DNA of 55,795 nt, from the IMG/VR virus record IMGVR_UViG_3300029267_001302; one strand, given 5' to 3'. The stretch is from a virus. Shown in pieces: positions 1-8,606 of the stretch (within the stretch, counting starts at the first letter, position 1; each line of letters opens with the position of its first letter). The notes beneath the pieces are model-generated. The model searched no databases. It was not told the origin of the DNA and was given only the letters and a program-made list of their open reading frames with translations. Both the position numbers and the translations under genes were made by a program.

Positions 1-144
1 ACTCGTTCTTTTTCGATTGTTCTTTTTATTTTCCTGTGAACGGGATTTGATTAATTCCCGTAGGCGGGAAACGATTAATTCCCGTCAATGGGAATTTGGT
101 AGTTTCCGTTGATATAACGGCATATACATCTTTTTCGAATGACC
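1..144. repeat. Terminal redundancy, left copy (identical to 55652..55795)
   Basis: Bases 1-144 recur verbatim at 55652-55795, so the unique length is 55,651 bp. This is either a circular-assembly overlap or a short direct terminal repeat. Confidence 0.95.
41..112. promoter_or_regulatory. Three tandem imperfect palindromes (GGGAA-N-TTCCC type), candidate protein-binding sites
   Basis: cgggatttgattaattcccg (41-60) and cgggaaacgattaattcccg (65-84) are 24-nt-spaced copies of one 20-mer with CGGGA/TCCCG arms. tcaatgggaa..tttccgttga (85-112) is a third, looser palindrome that overlaps the stop of ORF 85..489. Confidence 0.6.
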
Positions 145-489
145 ATGCCACGGTACTCTTTTCGTAATCAATACGCCTTCTGACACGAGTATGTCGAATA
201 ATCCTTTAATGCGGTCGCCGTGAATGCCAGTATCTTCGCGTATTTGTTTAACGCTTGGAAACGCCCACAAGTACGCTTCATTTTCGCTTTGACCGTTTGT
301 ATAAGCGTGTATATACATATATAGCGTCAAGCAATCTCGTGCCGTTTGCCCGTCATATTTCGCAGTTAGTTCCGGTAAAAGTTCGCGATATATCCAATGT
401 GGAATTGGCGAATAATGACCGTTGTCCAGCACCGCTTGTTTTTGACGCAGCGCCTCGCGTTGTTCATTCGTTAATTTTTCCTCGTTCAT
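85..489 (-). CDS. Winged-helix DNA-binding protein (replisome-organizer/DnaD-like candidate); paralogue-like to 29027..29470
   Basis: 134-aa ORF with the pattern LTLYMYIH..FPSVKQIREDTGI..IKGLFDILVSEGVL, typical of wHTH replication/organizer N-domains. It lies directly upstream of palindromes and iterons. The function is inferred. Confidence 0.45.
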   Translation of the reverse strand: MNEEKLTNEQREALRQKQAVLDNGHYSPIPHWIYRELLPELTAKYDGQTARDCLTLYMYIHAYTNGQSENEAYLWAFPSVKQIREDTGIHGDRIKGLFDILVSEGVLITKRVPWHGHSKKMYMPLYQRKLPNSH

Positions 490-523
490 TCCTTAATCAA
501 TCCTTTCGCTTAATTTTTCGTCT

Positions 524-700
524 TTACTTCGCTAATTTATCGTATTCAGCCAGCGCTTCATCTAGCGCTTTGCCACGCTCAAATACCCAAAATAGACGAT
601 CCGTTTTCGGGTGCTTGGCGTATGTGATAAATTGCAATCCTTTCTCGCGGATTAAAAAGTCGGCAAGCCGTTTCGAATAAACGAATTTATATTTGCTCAT
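524..700 (-). CDS. Small hypothetical protein (DUF5659-like pattern)
   Basis: The ATG at 700 is preceded by AAAGAGGGA. The 58-aa product resembles its neighbour 763..945 in pattern (..LA.FL...G.......W.F.....L...L.EY). Confidence 0.6.
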   Translation of the reverse strand: MSKYKFVYSKRLADFLIREKGLQFITYAKHPKTDRLFWVFERGKALDEALAEYDKLAK

Positions 701-762
701 TGACGTATCCCTCTTTCGCATAAATTAGCAGCACCACTCAGGCGCCACCGTAATTTTTCAAC

Positions 763-945
763 TTAACGGTTTGGATTATTCGCTGTGTATTCCGCTAGTA
801 AACATTCGAATTCAGGCGTGCGCTTATACTGCCAAAACTTGCGCATTGTATTTTCGTTAAGACCAGCGCAAATGTAACGCTGTCCATTTGCACGCAAGAA
901 CTCGTGTAAATTCGGCGAGTAACAATAGAAAAATTCATTATTCAT
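763..945 (-). CDS. Small hypothetical protein (DUF5659-like pattern)
   Basis: 60-aa ORF. It is a tandem paralogue-like neighbour of 524..700 and overlaps the stop of 938..1447. Confidence 0.6.
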   Translation of the reverse strand: MNNEFFYCYSPNLHEFLRANGQRYICAGLNENTMRKFWQYKRTPEFECLLAEYTANNPNR

Positions 946-1447
946 TTAACGACACTCCGTTTCCGTAAATGTTTACAACCGTATAAAATAACGGATCAGT
1001 TAGCGTTCGATGCTCGCCTTTGTCGGTAATAAACGTAAGTTGACCGTCGATTTCTTTTACATCGACGATTCGTTGTAATGTACAAACGCTTCCTAATTGC
1101 GAATCGAGCTCCGTATAAGGTATTGCATTAACGATTTCTCGCGCCTCTTTTTTCGTTGGCGCAAATACAATCCGCATTTTGTTTAACGGCTTAAACGAGT
1201 AGTAACTGAACGCTTTCTTCGACGTGAAATCAACACAAGTTTGCTCGAAGAATATTGCGTTGAATACATCGCAAAACACTTCTCGAACACGGTCTTTACT
1301 TGCGTTTAATTGTAGTTGCTTGTAAAAATCGATGACCATTTTCTCGATAAAAGCGTCCGTTTTCCCGTTATCTACCGCTTTTTTAAACGAAGTAATATCG
1401 ACGTTCTGTTTAATAAAAAACTCCATATAAAGCGTTAATTTGTCCAT
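938..1447 (-). CDS. Hypothetical protein
   Basis: 169-aa ORF on the gene strand. GGAGCG lies upstream of the ATG at 1447. Confidence 0.7.
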   Translation of the reverse strand: MDKLTLYMEFFIKQNVDITSFKKAVDNGKTDAFIEKMVIDFYKQLQLNASKDRVREVFCDVFNAIFFEQTCVDFTSKKAFSYYSFKPLNKMRIVFAPTKKEAREIVNAIPYTELDSQLGSVCTLQRIVDVKEIDGQLTFITDKGEHRTLTDPLFYTVVNIYGNGVSLNE

Positions 1448-1471
1448 TTAACATCGCTCCTGTCAATTTAA

Positions 1472-1500
1472 ATTAAAAAAGCCCGCCAATTTGGCGAGCA
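1472..1500 (-). terminator. Rho-independent terminator (minus strand)
   Basis: The minus strand reads GCTCGCCAA-ATT-TTGGCGGGC followed by TTTTTTAATTT, downstream of the methylase gene. Confidence 0.75.
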
Positions 1501-1586
1501 ATTAACCATTTTCATATATAGCGCAGACATTTATCGATAAAGTAAGCCGTTTTCAATCATTTCTCGTAAAATATGGAAATATTACG

Positions 1587-2621
1587 TTACATTTCGTTGT
1601 CTTGCGTCAACTTTCGCTCAGCTTCCGTATCCCACACGTTTTCCAACCGCTGATTCGCAAGCCTAACGTATTCGGGTTCACGCTCAAACCCGATAAAATT
1701 CCGGCCTAGCCTCGCCGCAGCCACCGCTGTAGTTCCGCTTCCCATAAAGCAATCGAGTACGATCGCGCCTTCGTTTGAGCTATGACGAATGATATTTTCG
1801 ATTAGTTCGACGGGCTTTGGCGTGATGTGGCCGAGTTTCGGGGCGACTTCGTAATTCCAAACGGAATGGTGCGTTTTTTGATTATTGAAGACGTAGCGTA
1901 AGTTTTCGTATTCTTGGCGTAATTGTTCGTATTCAGCACGAAGCGAATCGTATGAACGCGGCTCGAAATCCGCTCGCCGCGGTAATTTTAGCAAATCCTC
2001 ATACGTTTCTAGCGTTGGTAAATCCCATTGAGCTGAGTTCCAACGAAAGCAATGATCGGCGCGCTGGCCTATTCGATCAATGATCGCTTTCTTCGTTAGT
2101 CCAAGCGCTTCTTGAAACTCGCGAAAGTAGTTTCGTAGAGTCGTAAAATTGTCGAGTGAGTGTTTAACGCGAGTCAGCCCCGTCTCATCCTGAAACGTAT
2201 AAAACAAACAATATTCCGCCATTTGCTGATAATTTCGAAGTCCGCCCGTTTCTACAAACCCGTCGAGAAATCCTTTATTCCGCGCGCCTTCAAACCGTTT
2301 ATTCCATACGATAAACTGCTTAAATACAAGCGATGTATTTTCGTTAATAGCCCGATGCAACTCGACGATCTGCTCGAAATCATTATGAAACCAGTAAAAC
2401 GACCCGTTCGGCTTCAACACGCGCTCACATTCGCGAAAAACTTCCGTCATCCACGCCACATAATCATCAACGCTCCGCCACTTGTCCCAACGTTGGTCCT
2501 TGCCGATGTTATAAGGCGGGTCTATTACGATAAGGTCAACGCTATCATTCGGCAACAAACGCATGCCTTCGATACAATCCATCTGATAAATCCGGTTTAA
2601 TTCTAATCTCTTTTCGCTCAT
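1587..2621 (-). CDS. Beta-class N6-adenine/N4-cytosine DNA methyltransferase
   Basis: The DPPY motif (IVIDPPYNIG) is N-terminal and the SAM-binding FMGSGTT motif is C-terminal. This is the beta-class motif order. No cognate nuclease is present. Confidence 0.85.
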   Translation of the reverse strand: MSEKRLELNRIYQMDCIEGMRLLPNDSVDLIVIDPPYNIGKDQRWDKWRSVDDYVAWMTEVFRECERVLKPNGSFYWFHNDFEQIVELHRAINENTSLVFKQFIVWNKRFEGARNKGFLDGFVETGGLRNYQQMAEYCLFYTFQDETGLTRVKHSLDNFTTLRNYFREFQEALGLTKKAIIDRIGQRADHCFRWNSAQWDLPTLETYEDLLKLPRRADFEPRSYDSLRAEYEQLRQEYENLRYVFNNQKTHHSVWNYEVAPKLGHITPKPVELIENIIRHSSNEGAIVLDCFMGSGTTAVAAARLGRNFIGFEREPEYVRLANQRLENVWDTEAERKLTQDNEM

Positions 2622-3026
2622 TTACCGCTCCCCTTTTTTCGACTTGTACTTCCGATCCATATACGCATTCTCCGCCTTACTTCGCTTTCTTCGCGTCGGC
2701 TTTTCGTGCTTGCGCCCGTCACTAGCGACATATTCAAGCGGCGCCATGCCGACTTCGTGCCTTTCGATTTCCTCGCGCTGCCTTTCGCTGTGTATCGGAT
2801 GTTCGGTGTTGCGCGTTTTCCACGGCGTTGCGTCCGTCACCTCCTCGTACAAGCAAAGCGTTGCCAGCCGGTCAAGATGCGACGGATCAGGCCGACGACC
2901 AGTTGCGTCGATGTACTCGTCCGTCAGCCGTTCAATTGCGGCGAACCGGTCAGCGCGCGACAGTTTGCCCGCCTTTGTTTGCGTCCATAGATCGTTGATT
3001 CGTGCGTTAAATTGTTCGAAATTCAT
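2622..3026 (-). CDS. Hypothetical basic protein
   Basis: 134-aa ORF packed between the two methylase genes. It overlaps its upstream neighbour by 4 nt. Confidence 0.65.
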   Translation of the reverse strand: MNFEQFNARINDLWTQTKAGKLSRADRFAAIERLTDEYIDATGRRPDPSHLDRLATLCLYEEVTDATPWKTRNTEHPIHSERQREEIERHEVGMAPLEYVASDGRKHEKPTRRKRSKAENAYMDRKYKSKKGER

Positions 3027-4234
3027 TGTGCAACCTCCCCTGTTCGCGCTTCGATAATTTCAACGTACTCTTCTTCGCGTTCAATTCCGATAAACCCAAA
3101 ACCTTCGCGCTTGGCTGCTACTAACGTACTTCCGCTTCCCGCAAACGGATCGAGTACGGTGCCGCCAGGCGGAGTGACTAAGCGAACAAGCCACGCCATG
3201 AGATCAACGGGTTTGACCGTTGGGTGCGTGTTGCGGTTGAATGTCTGCTTACCTAGCGAACCGTCAGCGCGCCCCTTTAATCCACCAGCTACGCGCTCAT
3301 CTAATGCAATTTCATCACCGCGCCAATCGCTATTTCGGTCGCGCTTGCTTGCTTTTTTCGAAAGTTCTTGCGGTGTCACGTTGCAGTATTTCGACCAAAA
3401 GGCGTCGGGTTCGGTTGTGACGATGTTTGCGGGGAAGCGTCCTGTATTAACGGAAGGATTCGGCGCCTGCCTATCTGTTCTCCCCTCAGCTTCTCTCCAT
3501 GCGTTGGATACTTCGCCGCTACTGCGTATTTCATCGTCTCCAATCCTACACCCATTCATATTAATTGCGCCTGTGCCGTATTTCTCCACGTTGTCGCATA
3601 CCGTGCCTTCTAACGGTTTTCTCGCGACAATAATCGGTTCATGTGCCGGCTTTAATGCCGTTCCCCAGCCGTCCCATTTCTTCGCTAATTCGGTTGCTGG
3701 GGCGGTTATTTTTACCGTCCTACTAGCGCGACTTTTACCATTATTCCAATTATAACGACCCTCTCCGTTATCGCTTCCTACACCGTCATTACGAGTCCCG
3801 ATAACTTCCCTTTCCGCGCCCGCTCGCTTATCAAACGCCTTGCTCACGTCCATCGACTTAGGGAAGCCGCTAAAATACAGCCATTCGATCACGTCACGCA
3901 CTTCAAAGCCCGCCAATCGCAAGCTAATCGTCATTAAGTCTTGCGTTCTTGTTCCAGCAAACACAAGCGCATGTCCGCCCGGCTTTAACACTCGGTACAC
4001 TTCGCGCCAAATATCAGGATGTGGCACAAAAGAATCCCAGCGCTTACCCATAAAGCCGCCATGCCCGTGATCGTAAGGCTCGCCGTTGATCCATTTCGTT
4101 AGCACCTCGACAATGTCCGGTTCTTTTGATAAGCCGTATGGCGGATCTGTTACGACGCTATCTACGCTGCTGTCTGGTAACTCTTTCAATCGATCGATAC
4201 AGTCGCCTTTTAAAATCGTGTATTCTTTCGTCAT
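3023..4234 (-). CDS. Beta-class N6-adenine/N4-cytosine DNA methyltransferase
   Basis: Motifs VVTDPPYG near the N-terminus and DPFAGSGST near the C-terminus. I place the start at ATG 4234, which is preceded by AAGGGGGAG. The longer track ORF (to 4396) would overlap 4249..4551. Confidence 0.85.
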   Translation of the reverse strand: MTKEYTILKGDCIDRLKELPDSSVDSVVTDPPYGLSKEPDIVEVLTKWINGEPYDHGHGGFMGKRWDSFVPHPDIWREVYRVLKPGGHALVFAGTRTQDLMTISLRLAGFEVRDVIEWLYFSGFPKSMDVSKAFDKRAGAEREVIGTRNDGVGSDNGEGRYNWNNGKSRASRTVKITAPATELAKKWDGWGTALKPAHEPIIVARKPLEGTVCDNVEKYGTGAINMNGCRIGDDEIRSSGEVSNAWREAEGRTDRQAPNPSVNTGRFPANIVTTEPDAFWSKYCNVTPQELSKKASKRDRNSDWRGDEIALDERVAGGLKGRADGSLGKQTFNRNTHPTVKPVDLMAWLVRLVTPPGGTVLDPFAGSGSTLVAAKREGFGFIGIEREEEYVEIIEARTGEVAQ

Positions 4235-4248
4235 TTTATCGCTCCCCC

Positions 4249-4551
4249 TTATTCGCTTGTAATTGCGCACCATTCGCCCATTCTCGCCCACACTTCGTAC
4301 ACACGCGCCACCTTCGCCGTTGCCACCGTAACCAGCCGATTGACGGTTTGCTTGCTGGCGCCCATCCGCTCGCCCGCTTCCACCTGCGATAAGCACTCGA
4401 AATACACTAGCGTAAGTGCCTCACGCTGGCGCTTCGTTAAGCCGGCCTTTTCGATCGCCGTATCCAAGTCAACGAGCAAGATAACTGCGTCATAGTCGCC
4501 GTTATATTGACGCTCAACTAGCGCGTGATAGTCGCGTAATAAGCGTTTCAC
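4249..4551 (-). CDS. Sigma-70 region-4-like HTH regulator (ArpU/RinA-type late-activator candidate)
   Basis: LTKRQREALTLVYFECLSQVEAGERMGASKQTVNRLV matches the region-4 HTH pattern of small phage sigma-like regulators. Confidence 0.5.
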   Translation of the reverse strand: MKRLLRDYHALVERQYNGDYDAVILLVDLDTAIEKAGLTKRQREALTLVYFECLSQVEAGERMGASKQTVNRLVTVATAKVARVYEVWARMGEWCAITSE

Positions 4552-4603
4552 GCCATCTGGATTATCGAGTGCGTAGCGTTGTTCAAGTGCCCGTTCTTTT
4601 GCG

Positions 4604-4786
4604 TTAGTATCGATCGGTAATCGCCTCCTTCCGTTTTACATAACCCTTTTCAATCCACGATTGTCGCGGAAAGTACTCTGTTGCTCCTTCCGTTAAAAAG
4701 CCCGTTGGTACTGTTTCGCCTGATTTTCGGTCTGGCTTCTTTTCTTCCGCCAATTCCGTCCATACCCACGGATTACTTTTTTGCAA
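4604..4786 (-). CDS. Hypothetical protein
   Basis: 60-aa ORF on the gene strand. Confidence 0.5.
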   Translation of the reverse strand: MQKSNPWVWTELAEEKKPDRKSGETVPTGFLTEGATEYFPRQSWIEKGYVKRKEAITDRY

Positions 4787-4806
4787 ATTGAATCGCCACC
4801 TTTCGC

Positions 4807-4835
4807 TTGATTTTCGTTTAAAAATCGATTATACT
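4807..4835 (+). promoter_or_regulatory. SigmaA-like promoter for the plus-strand gene 4863..5240
   Basis: TTGATT (4807-4812), a 17-nt spacer, then TATACT (4830-4835). AGGAGGTG and the TTG start follow. Confidence 0.55.
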
Positions 4836-4862
4836 TATCGTAAAATATCAGGAGGTGTACGT

Positions 4863-5240
4863 TTGAAAAAGGAATATAGCGATATGCTTGACGGTTTCGA
4901 GTTCGTGCCTGCTGACGGTGCGCCGTTTATTACGCTCGACAATCAGCGCCGTTTTTACATAAATAGAACCGCGCGGAAACTATTGGACGTCAAACCGTAC
5001 GACCGCCTTGCCGTTGCTTTTCGTGCTGACAACAGAGCGCTTGCCATCGTCAAGCCCGGCGTAATTGACGACATTCATGCCGATTTAGCGCAGTACGTCA
5101 TTGACAAACGATACTATATGTCGGCAAAGCGATTCGTTAAGCAACATCCGTTTCCGATCGAAGAAGCTCCGTACAAATTCGCGTATGATCGTGGCTCAAG
5201 CGACGGGAAAGTGTTTATTTTTCGGTTAACTGACGAATAA
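4863..5240 (+). CDS. Hypothetical protein, possible SpoVT/AbrB-like DNA-binding motif
   Basis: The TTG at 4863 lies 7 nt after GGAGG. The segment RFYINRTARKLLDVKPYDRLAVAFRADNRALAIVKP loosely resembles AbrB/MazE swapped-hairpin sequences. This is the only plus-strand gene inside a minus-strand operon. Confidence 0.5.
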   Translation: MKKEYSDMLDGFEFVPADGAPFITLDNQRRFYINRTARKLLDVKPYDRLAVAFRADNRALAIVKPGVIDDIHADLAQYVIDKRYYMSAKRFVKQHPFPIEEAPYKFAYDRGSSDGKVFIFRLTDE

Positions 5241-5766
5241 CCTTGTCAACCTTCGCACACAATTCATCAACCGTCCCGTCATTCGCTACTTCGTAATCAA
5301 CTTCGAACGAATCGACGAAAGTTTCTGTTTCGTGTACCAAGTCCGCCTCGGCAAAGTCATCGCCATCTTTTTTCGCACGCTCAATCCGCAATTCATCTGG
5401 CGCAGTAATTCGCACAAATACGAAGCCTTCTCGTTTCAGCCGGTCATATTCGTTTTGTTGTCGCACGTCCTCGATCAAAATTCGCAAGCAATTTTGCGAC
5501 AAATACTCGCCAACCTTTCGCATGGTTGCGTCAATCCACACGTTTTCGTCAATCGTCGTTCGCGCCCATTGACCGAACGACTGGTAATAGGCGCGTGGCT
5601 TCGGTTGTCGCGGTATTTGCGGAAAAGCACGGTGAAACGCGTTTTTGAGCGCGTCGCCAAAGGCAAACGGTTGAAAGTCGTGCATAAGCGACAAGTAACC
5701 GGCAACTAGCGACTTGCCAGAACGAAGTTTACCGCAAAGGGCGAGTTTGATTGGCGATTTATTCAT
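5215..5766 (-). CDS. Deoxynucleoside-monophosphate kinase-like P-loop kinase
   Basis: Walker A motif CGKLRSGKS at the N-terminus, about 180 aa, nucleotide-metabolism context. Confidence 0.6.
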   Translation of the reverse strand: MNKSPIKLALCGKLRSGKSLVAGYLSLMHDFQPFAFGDALKNAFHRAFPQIPRQPKPRAYYQSFGQWARTTIDENVWIDATMRKVGEYLSQNCLRILIEDVRQQNEYDRLKREGFVFVRITAPDELRIERAKKDGDDFAEADLVHETETFVDSFEVDYEVANDGTVDELCAKVDKVIRQLTEK

Positions 5767-6460
5767 CGCCCTTCACCGCCTTTACTAGCGTTACTAACGG
5801 TTGCGTACGTTCGTCTAACGTGACAATATCGTCAAGCGTCATTTCCACTTTGCTATCAACTTCTGTAAGGTTTCGTTCTAACTCCGTCACCCGCTGCGCT
5901 AAATTGGCGAGCAAGTCAAGTACGGTCTTGGACGTTTCGGTTTCGTCGTCGCTTTCTTCGGCTGGCTCAACGGGTTCAAGAACGAGGTATTGAAAATGAT
6001 AAATAGCGCCTTTTTTACCGAAATCATGCGGCCTTATCATTTCGCCGAAACTGCTGCCGTCTGTTTCGATGATTTCAACTATTTCGCCGACATTTCTATA
6101 GACTAACGTATCGTTTGCTACAACAACGATAACCTTTTCACCGACTTTGGCGTTACGACCAACCATGCGGTATCGTACGCCGTCGATGTGTACGATACTA
6201 GTCGGTTCTAACGTTTGATATTCGTATTTATTAATTATGTCAAACTTTTCGCAGTAAACGTCACCGTCTTCGAATGCTTTCACAACCGTCATGATTGTAC
6301 CTTGTGTATAGTCATCCCCGAATTGAAAAGTGCTAGGGTTGACGATAACGATTTTATCGCCCACTTCCGCCTTCCGATCAACATCGACAAACTCGCGCAA
6401 CACACCGCCTAAGTTTTCGTCTGGTAAGATATGGACGTTAGTCCCGTGAATTTTGCTCAT
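5759..6460 (-). CDS. Hypothetical protein with SH3/KOW-like repeats and an acidic coiled-coil tail
   Basis: 233 aa. Repeated segments VGDKIVIV / VGEKVIVV and RVTELERNL recall ORF 19676..20659. Confidence 0.65.
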   Translation of the reverse strand: MSKIHGTNVHILPDENLGGVLREFVDVDRKAEVGDKIVIVNPSTFQFGDDYTQGTIMTVVKAFEDGDVYCEKFDIINKYEYQTLEPTSIVHIDGVRYRMVGRNAKVGEKVIVVVANDTLVYRNVGEIVEIIETDGSSFGEMIRPHDFGKKGAIYHFQYLVLEPVEPAEESDDETETSKTVLDLLANLAQRVTELERNLTEVDSKVEMTLDDIVTLDERTQPLVTLVKAVKGDE

Positions 6461-6843
6461 TCCGATTCCTCCTTGGCTTTAATAAAATCAACTGATTCCG
6501 AATAATATCCGTTTGACGTTCCGTACCATCGAATTGTCACGTAACCTTTATTAGTCGCGAATTTATAAAATGTCCACGTATAGCTTTCATCCCATTTATC
6601 AAGAGGCGGACGTTCTTCGATAACTTCCTCCGCCATTACAATCGGACTTCCGATTAAATCGTCTAAGTCACCGCAAATATCTTCGATAAATACGGATTCG
6701 CAACAGTCTTGCTCGTGGTACATTATATAAACTTCGCCATCTTCCGTGTAAAAACGGATTTCGTCTCCTTCGTCGCTGGTGCTCTTAACGATTTTTGTCA
6801 ACGTCTTTCCGATTAGTTCGCTAATGTTCAAGTATTCGCTCAA
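6457..6843 (-). CDS. Hypothetical protein
   Basis: 128 aa with a TTG start that overlaps the upstream stop (TTGA). Conserved-looking [15 protein letters not shown] pattern. Confidence 0.7.
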   Translation of the reverse strand: MSEYLNISELIGKTLTKIVKSTSDEGDEIRFYTEDGEVYIMYHEQDCCESVFIEDICGDLDDLIGSPIVMAEEVIEERPPLDKWDESYTWTFYKFATNKGYVTIRWYGTSNGYYSESVDFIKAKEESE

Positions 6844-6935
6844 TCCGATTCCTCCTTCGTTTCACATAGCGTTACATGCTCGAAAAACTCGTCAAAACCG
6901 TCGAATAATCCATCGCAATGAGGACAAATAAACAT
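6840..6935 (-). CDS. Small Cys/His zinc-ribbon-like protein (31 aa)
   Basis: Absent from the ORF track. AAAGGAGGAATCGGAAAATG provides the SD, the product is [31 protein letters not shown], and its stop overlaps the next start (TTGA). Confidence 0.55.
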   Translation of the reverse strand: MFICPHCDGLFDGFDEFFEHVTLCETKEESD

Positions 6936-6950
6936 TTTCCGATTCCTCCT

Positions 6951-7709
6951 TTAAGCTTGCTCGAAAAACACGTCCGTCCACGGTTCAACTTCAACGACTG
7001 CTTTCCGTAATTCTTCAGCTAATTCCGCAATCTCCGCTTGAGCTCCGCGTCCTTTACGTCGCTTACCGTAAAAATCGAGCAAAGCGCGTAAGTTTGCGGT
7101 CATGACAAGGTTCGTTGTGGCGGCGTTTGGTAAAAGCATCCTGCAATCTTCCGGCGGTATCCCTAACTCGCGCAATGTATCGTATTTTTCTTGAATTTCT
7201 CCCATGAAGTCATGAAACAAACTGTTTGCGCCAATATGTCGGCGAATCGAATCTGGCACAACGTAATCAAAACCGCCTGTCTTGTCGTCCGAGCCAAAGC
7301 GATTGTATCTCTGTGACTGCACACTGTATGAAAACCCGACGCGGTGACGTGTTAGTTGCGCCAATAACGCTCGGCTCACGCCTTCGATCGCAAAAGTGAA
7401 CGTTAGGTGCTCCAAAGTCGACGTATGACCTGATCGAACGATCATGCGGAACAGACGGTCAGCTTCCGTTCCTGCTTCGCCATCGGTTGCTTTACTGCCG
7501 AAATATTTAGCGCCTTCTTTTGCAACGATTTCGCTCGGTTTGTTGGCGCTGTAGCACGTTCGAATTGCGGTGAGTGCAACCGCTTGGCCGTCGGTTACAT
7601 CTAAATCATCCAATTTATTACCGCTATATTCTAAAAATTCGTTATATTTATCGAAACTATCGTAAAATTCTTCGCTTAATTTCGTGTGAGCGATTAAGTT
7701 TACTTTCAT
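6951..7709 (-). CDS. thyX: Flavin-dependent thymidylate synthase ThyX
   Basis: ThyX signature LTRHRVGFSYSVQSQRY (RHR...S..SQRY). The ATG at 7709 follows GGAGGGAGG. Confidence 0.9.
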   Translation of the reverse strand: MKVNLIAHTKLSEEFYDSFDKYNEFLEYSGNKLDDLDVTDGQAVALTAIRTCYSANKPSEIVAKEGAKYFGSKATDGEAGTEADRLFRMIVRSGHTSTLEHLTFTFAIEGVSRALLAQLTRHRVGFSYSVQSQRYNRFGSDDKTGGFDYVVPDSIRRHIGANSLFHDFMGEIQEKYDTLRELGIPPEDCRMLLPNAATTNLVMTANLRALLDFYGKRRKGRGAQAEIAELAEELRKAVVEVEPWTDVFFEQA

Positions 7710-7870
7710 GCGCCTCCCTCCAATGCACAACCGATAAAATACGCAATAAGAATCCCTAAAATGACGTATGCTACTACATTTCCGTTTACAAGACCGTTTA
7801 TCAGTGTAATAATCGCAATTACGAGTAATAAGAACATCGTTCCTAAAACGAATCTAGCGATATGTTTCAT
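7706..7870 (-). CDS. Small membrane protein (54 aa)
   Basis: Absent from the ORF track. ATGA overlaps occur at both ends (7867-7870 and 7706-7709). Two hydrophobic segments. Confidence 0.55.
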   Translation of the reverse strand: MKHIARFVLGTMFLLLVIAIITLINGLVNGNVVAYVILGILIAYFIGCALEGGA

Positions 7871-8049
7871 TCGTCACCCTCCTTGTATTTCAAAGTATCT
7901 CGTACATCATTCCAGTAATCTATTGTCTCCTGTTTGAAATTCGTTTTTACACCGTTCCCAGACTTCTCGTACCATTTCGCGAATATGTGCAGGAAATAAA
8001 ACGGGATACAGAATATAACGCATAATACTTTAACGGTTATAAGTCGCAT
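7867..8049 (-). CDS. Small membrane protein
   Basis: 60-aa ORF with the hydrophobic N-terminal half VKVLCVIFCIPFYFLHIF. Confidence 0.55.
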   Translation of the reverse strand: MRLITVKVLCVIFCIPFYFLHIFAKWYEKSGNGVKTNFKQETIDYWNDVRDTLKYKEGDE

Positions 8050-8087
8050 TCCGCCCTCACCCCGCCATTTTCGAAATCAAATTCGAG

Positions 8088-8606
8088 TTATTTATATAAC
8101 GTTCCCGAACTACCGAACCCGCCTTCGCCGCGCTCTGTTTCGTCCAGCTCGTCAACCTCGATAAAGTGCGCCTGCTCGACCGGCTTGATTACCGCTTGCG
8201 CGATTTTTTCGCCTTTACGAATCAAGTACGTATCGTTTGGGTACATTTCGCCGTCTGTACGATAATCTAAACCGTCAATATATGTTAGATATTGCGATTC
8301 ATTACCGCACGGGTCTTCCGCAATATTATCGACAATCACACCGATTTCTCCACGGTAACTCGAATCAACCGTGCCAAGCACAACTCGTAATTTCGTCCGC
8401 AGGCTGATACCGCTGCGTGGTCGCACTTGTAATTCGTAGCCCGGCGGTAGTTCGAACGCCAAGCCTGTGCGGACTAACTTCGTTTCGCCCGGCTCTATCA
8501 CCGTATCTTCGATTGCGACAAGGTCAAAGCCGGCATCGCCTTCGTGTGCGTATCGCGGAATAACTGCGTCAGGGTGTATGCGTTTGATTTTAACGTTCAC
8601 TTTCAT
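8088..8606 (-). CDS. dut: dUTP pyrophosphatase (trimeric dUTPase)
   Basis: Motifs GDAGFDL, RPRSG, GTVDSSYRGEIGVIV and RGEGGFGSSG. The ATG at 8606 follows GGAGGAG. Confidence 0.9.
   Translation of the reverse strand: MKVNVKIKRIHPDAVIPRYAHEGDAGFDLVAIEDTVIEPGETKLVRTGLAFELPPGYELQVRPRSGISLRTKLRVVLGTVDSSYRGEIGVIVDNIAEDPCGNESQYLTYIDGLDYRTDGEMYPNDTYLIRKGEKIAQAVIKPVEQAHFIEVDELDETERGEGGFGSSGTLYK

Noticed and set aside
255-680. Plus-strand ORFs antisense to recognisable minus-strand genes. Examples are 255..680, 2160..2600, 2644..3057, 3012..3755, 16856..17317, 25485..25895, 42634..43491, 43543..44355 and 53223..53732.
   Set aside because: They are shadow ORFs. Each lies fully inside a minus-strand gene with clear homology or motifs. 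They lack SD sequences, and their translations are low-complexity (Ser/Pro/Arg/Leu-rich).
4235-4396. The 54-aa Gly/Arg-rich N-terminal extension of the second methyltransferase (track ORF 3023..4396).
   Set aside because: It overlaps the 3' end of 4249..4551. The ATG at 4234 has a strong AAGGGGGAG SD, and the conserved MTase N-terminus starts there.
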